From: Rhina ancylostomus
Lineage: Eukaryota
Length of the DNA: 64,000 bases
Direction: 5' to 3'
NCBI GenBank assembly: GCA_030265395.1
Contig: JARFYF010000002.1
Coordinates: 51,387,899-51,451,898 of the forward strand
The position numbers and the translations under genes were made by a program. Positions 62,990 through 64,000 of the stretch are shown piece by piece. The first letter of the stretch is position 1; each line of letters starts with the position of its first letter. Under the pieces are notes generated by a model. It saw nothing but the letters and a program-made list of their open reading frames with translations, was not told the origin of the DNA and searched no databases.

Positions 62990-63400
62990 TGGGAATTGAG
63001 ATGCAGGATGAACAGGCATCTACTGCTTCCAGCGCAGGCAGCACACAACCTTTGTCTGACAATAGTTACAGCGTGCAGCCAGTACAAACCACAGTGTTGG
63101 CCATCTGCTGTACACCTGAACAGGTGGCTAACACTGTGAGTGACATCTGCTCAGTTCTTGAATACAGGCCATCAGAAGGTGACTCATGACATTGACCCCA
63201 CCATTATCTGGTCCTTTCTGAAATTTACTTTGTGGTGTCTGATGGCTGAAGGCACAGAATTCATTGCAGTACAAGCAGATGCCGGTCAGCATCTAGGTGC
63301 TGCTGTGAAAGCAAGCTGGGTTTGCTGCATCATAGCCGTGGATGTCATTGCTCTAAAGGAATTTCAGGGTGGCTGAGCAGCAGGCAATATGTACTCCTAA
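62990..63400 (+). pseudogene. Probable C-terminal relic of a Harbinger-associated Myb/SANT (NAIF1/MSANTD-like) gene
   Basis: Ala/Gln-rich decayed peptide 'EFIAVQADAGQHLGAAVKA...IIAVDVIALKEFQG' resembles the coiled C-terminus of such shark proteins as I recall it; not database-confirmed. Confidence 0.35.
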
Positions 63401-63599
63401 TGGATTACTAGAACTGCTGAGCCCTCCGCTGTTACAGCATCTTCATAGACAACAAACTGCTGTACTTTCTGAAGTTGACATATGTGTCTTCCCACTACTG
63501 CTACTTCATCTGTGCTCTTGCTACTGTCTGTCAGGCCTGACAGGTACCACACATCCCGAGATGATGTGGTCTGCAGCTGGCCTTTTGGGTCTTTTTAGC

Positions 63600-63792
63600 C
63601 TAGAGTGTCAGCAGGTCCTGGAATTTTGGATGCGGTCTTTGAGAACATGAGGTATGCTTTATCTTCAAAGCACAGCCACCAAACAACCCTTCAGAAGGTA
63701 GTGGGATGAGATGACTAGCAGTCAGCACTGTGAGAACCAGGATGCAGTGGCACAAGGAGTTCAATGACCTCACAGGCACAGTTAAAGTCAGT
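63600..63792 (+). pseudogene. Harbinger/PIF-associated Myb/SANT-like DNA-binding domain relic
   Basis: Frameshifted 'P..LDAV.E...MLYLQ...RR*WDEM...VRTRMQWHKEFNDLTGTVK' followed by 'gtcagt' (donor-like). Matches the Myb/SANT trihelix pattern PRFS...WE.+A...RT..QC.KKFNDL. Confidence 0.6.
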
Positions 63793-64000
63793 GAATGCAC
63801 TTTGAACTGTGCCAGCTCTAAGCGAATGCACAATGGTGACACTTGTGTTCAATGCAGCTCACTCTCATTTAAAAAGACAGGTTGCAATACATATTTGTGC
63901 TTTGAGATCAAGTCGACTTTGTGATGATTAGCAACTGAGGGAAAGTAAGTTGTGGCACTGCTGATCAATGTGGAATGGAGGGCACAGTTAGAGGAATTGT

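Noticed and set aside
1-64000. CRISPR arrays, operons, rRNA/tRNA genes or prokaryote-type defence systems
   Set aside because: The DNA is vertebrate repeat-rich non-coding sequence; I saw no regularly spaced repeat-spacer array or structural RNA gene.

Overview
AT-rich, CpG-depleted vertebrate genomic DNA. The repeat repertoire (CR1 with esterase ORF1, V-SINEs, SacSINE/Deu-like SINEs, Penelope termini, Rex/Babar LINEs) points to a cartilaginous fish (shark or ray); this assignment is an inference. It comes from a gapped scaffold with about 10 N-runs. I recognise no intact protein-coding gene. The ORF-track entries I can identify are decayed transposon fragments (CR1 RT/EN/ORF1, Rex/Babar RT, RTE, Penelope, Gypsy pol, Harbinger Myb-like); the rest look like chance ORFs. 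The most distinctive non-repeat feature is one small CpG island at ~28070-28270. It carries a perfect AGGTCACGTGACCT (CLEAR/E-box) palindrome, YY1 and ETS motifs and outward-facing splice donors on both strands, consistent with an orphan, possibly bidirectional promoter for spliced non-coding or sORF transcripts. Other notable items: a 69-bp locally templated inverted insertion flanked by a 20-bp direct repeat; degenerate hammerhead-ribozyme cores in Penelope termini (one as a head-to-head palindrome); V-SINEs with two different LINE-derived tails; and several nested insertions with target-site duplications. I found no clear novel multi-gene system. Repeat boundaries are approximate and family names come from recognition by eye, not database searches.
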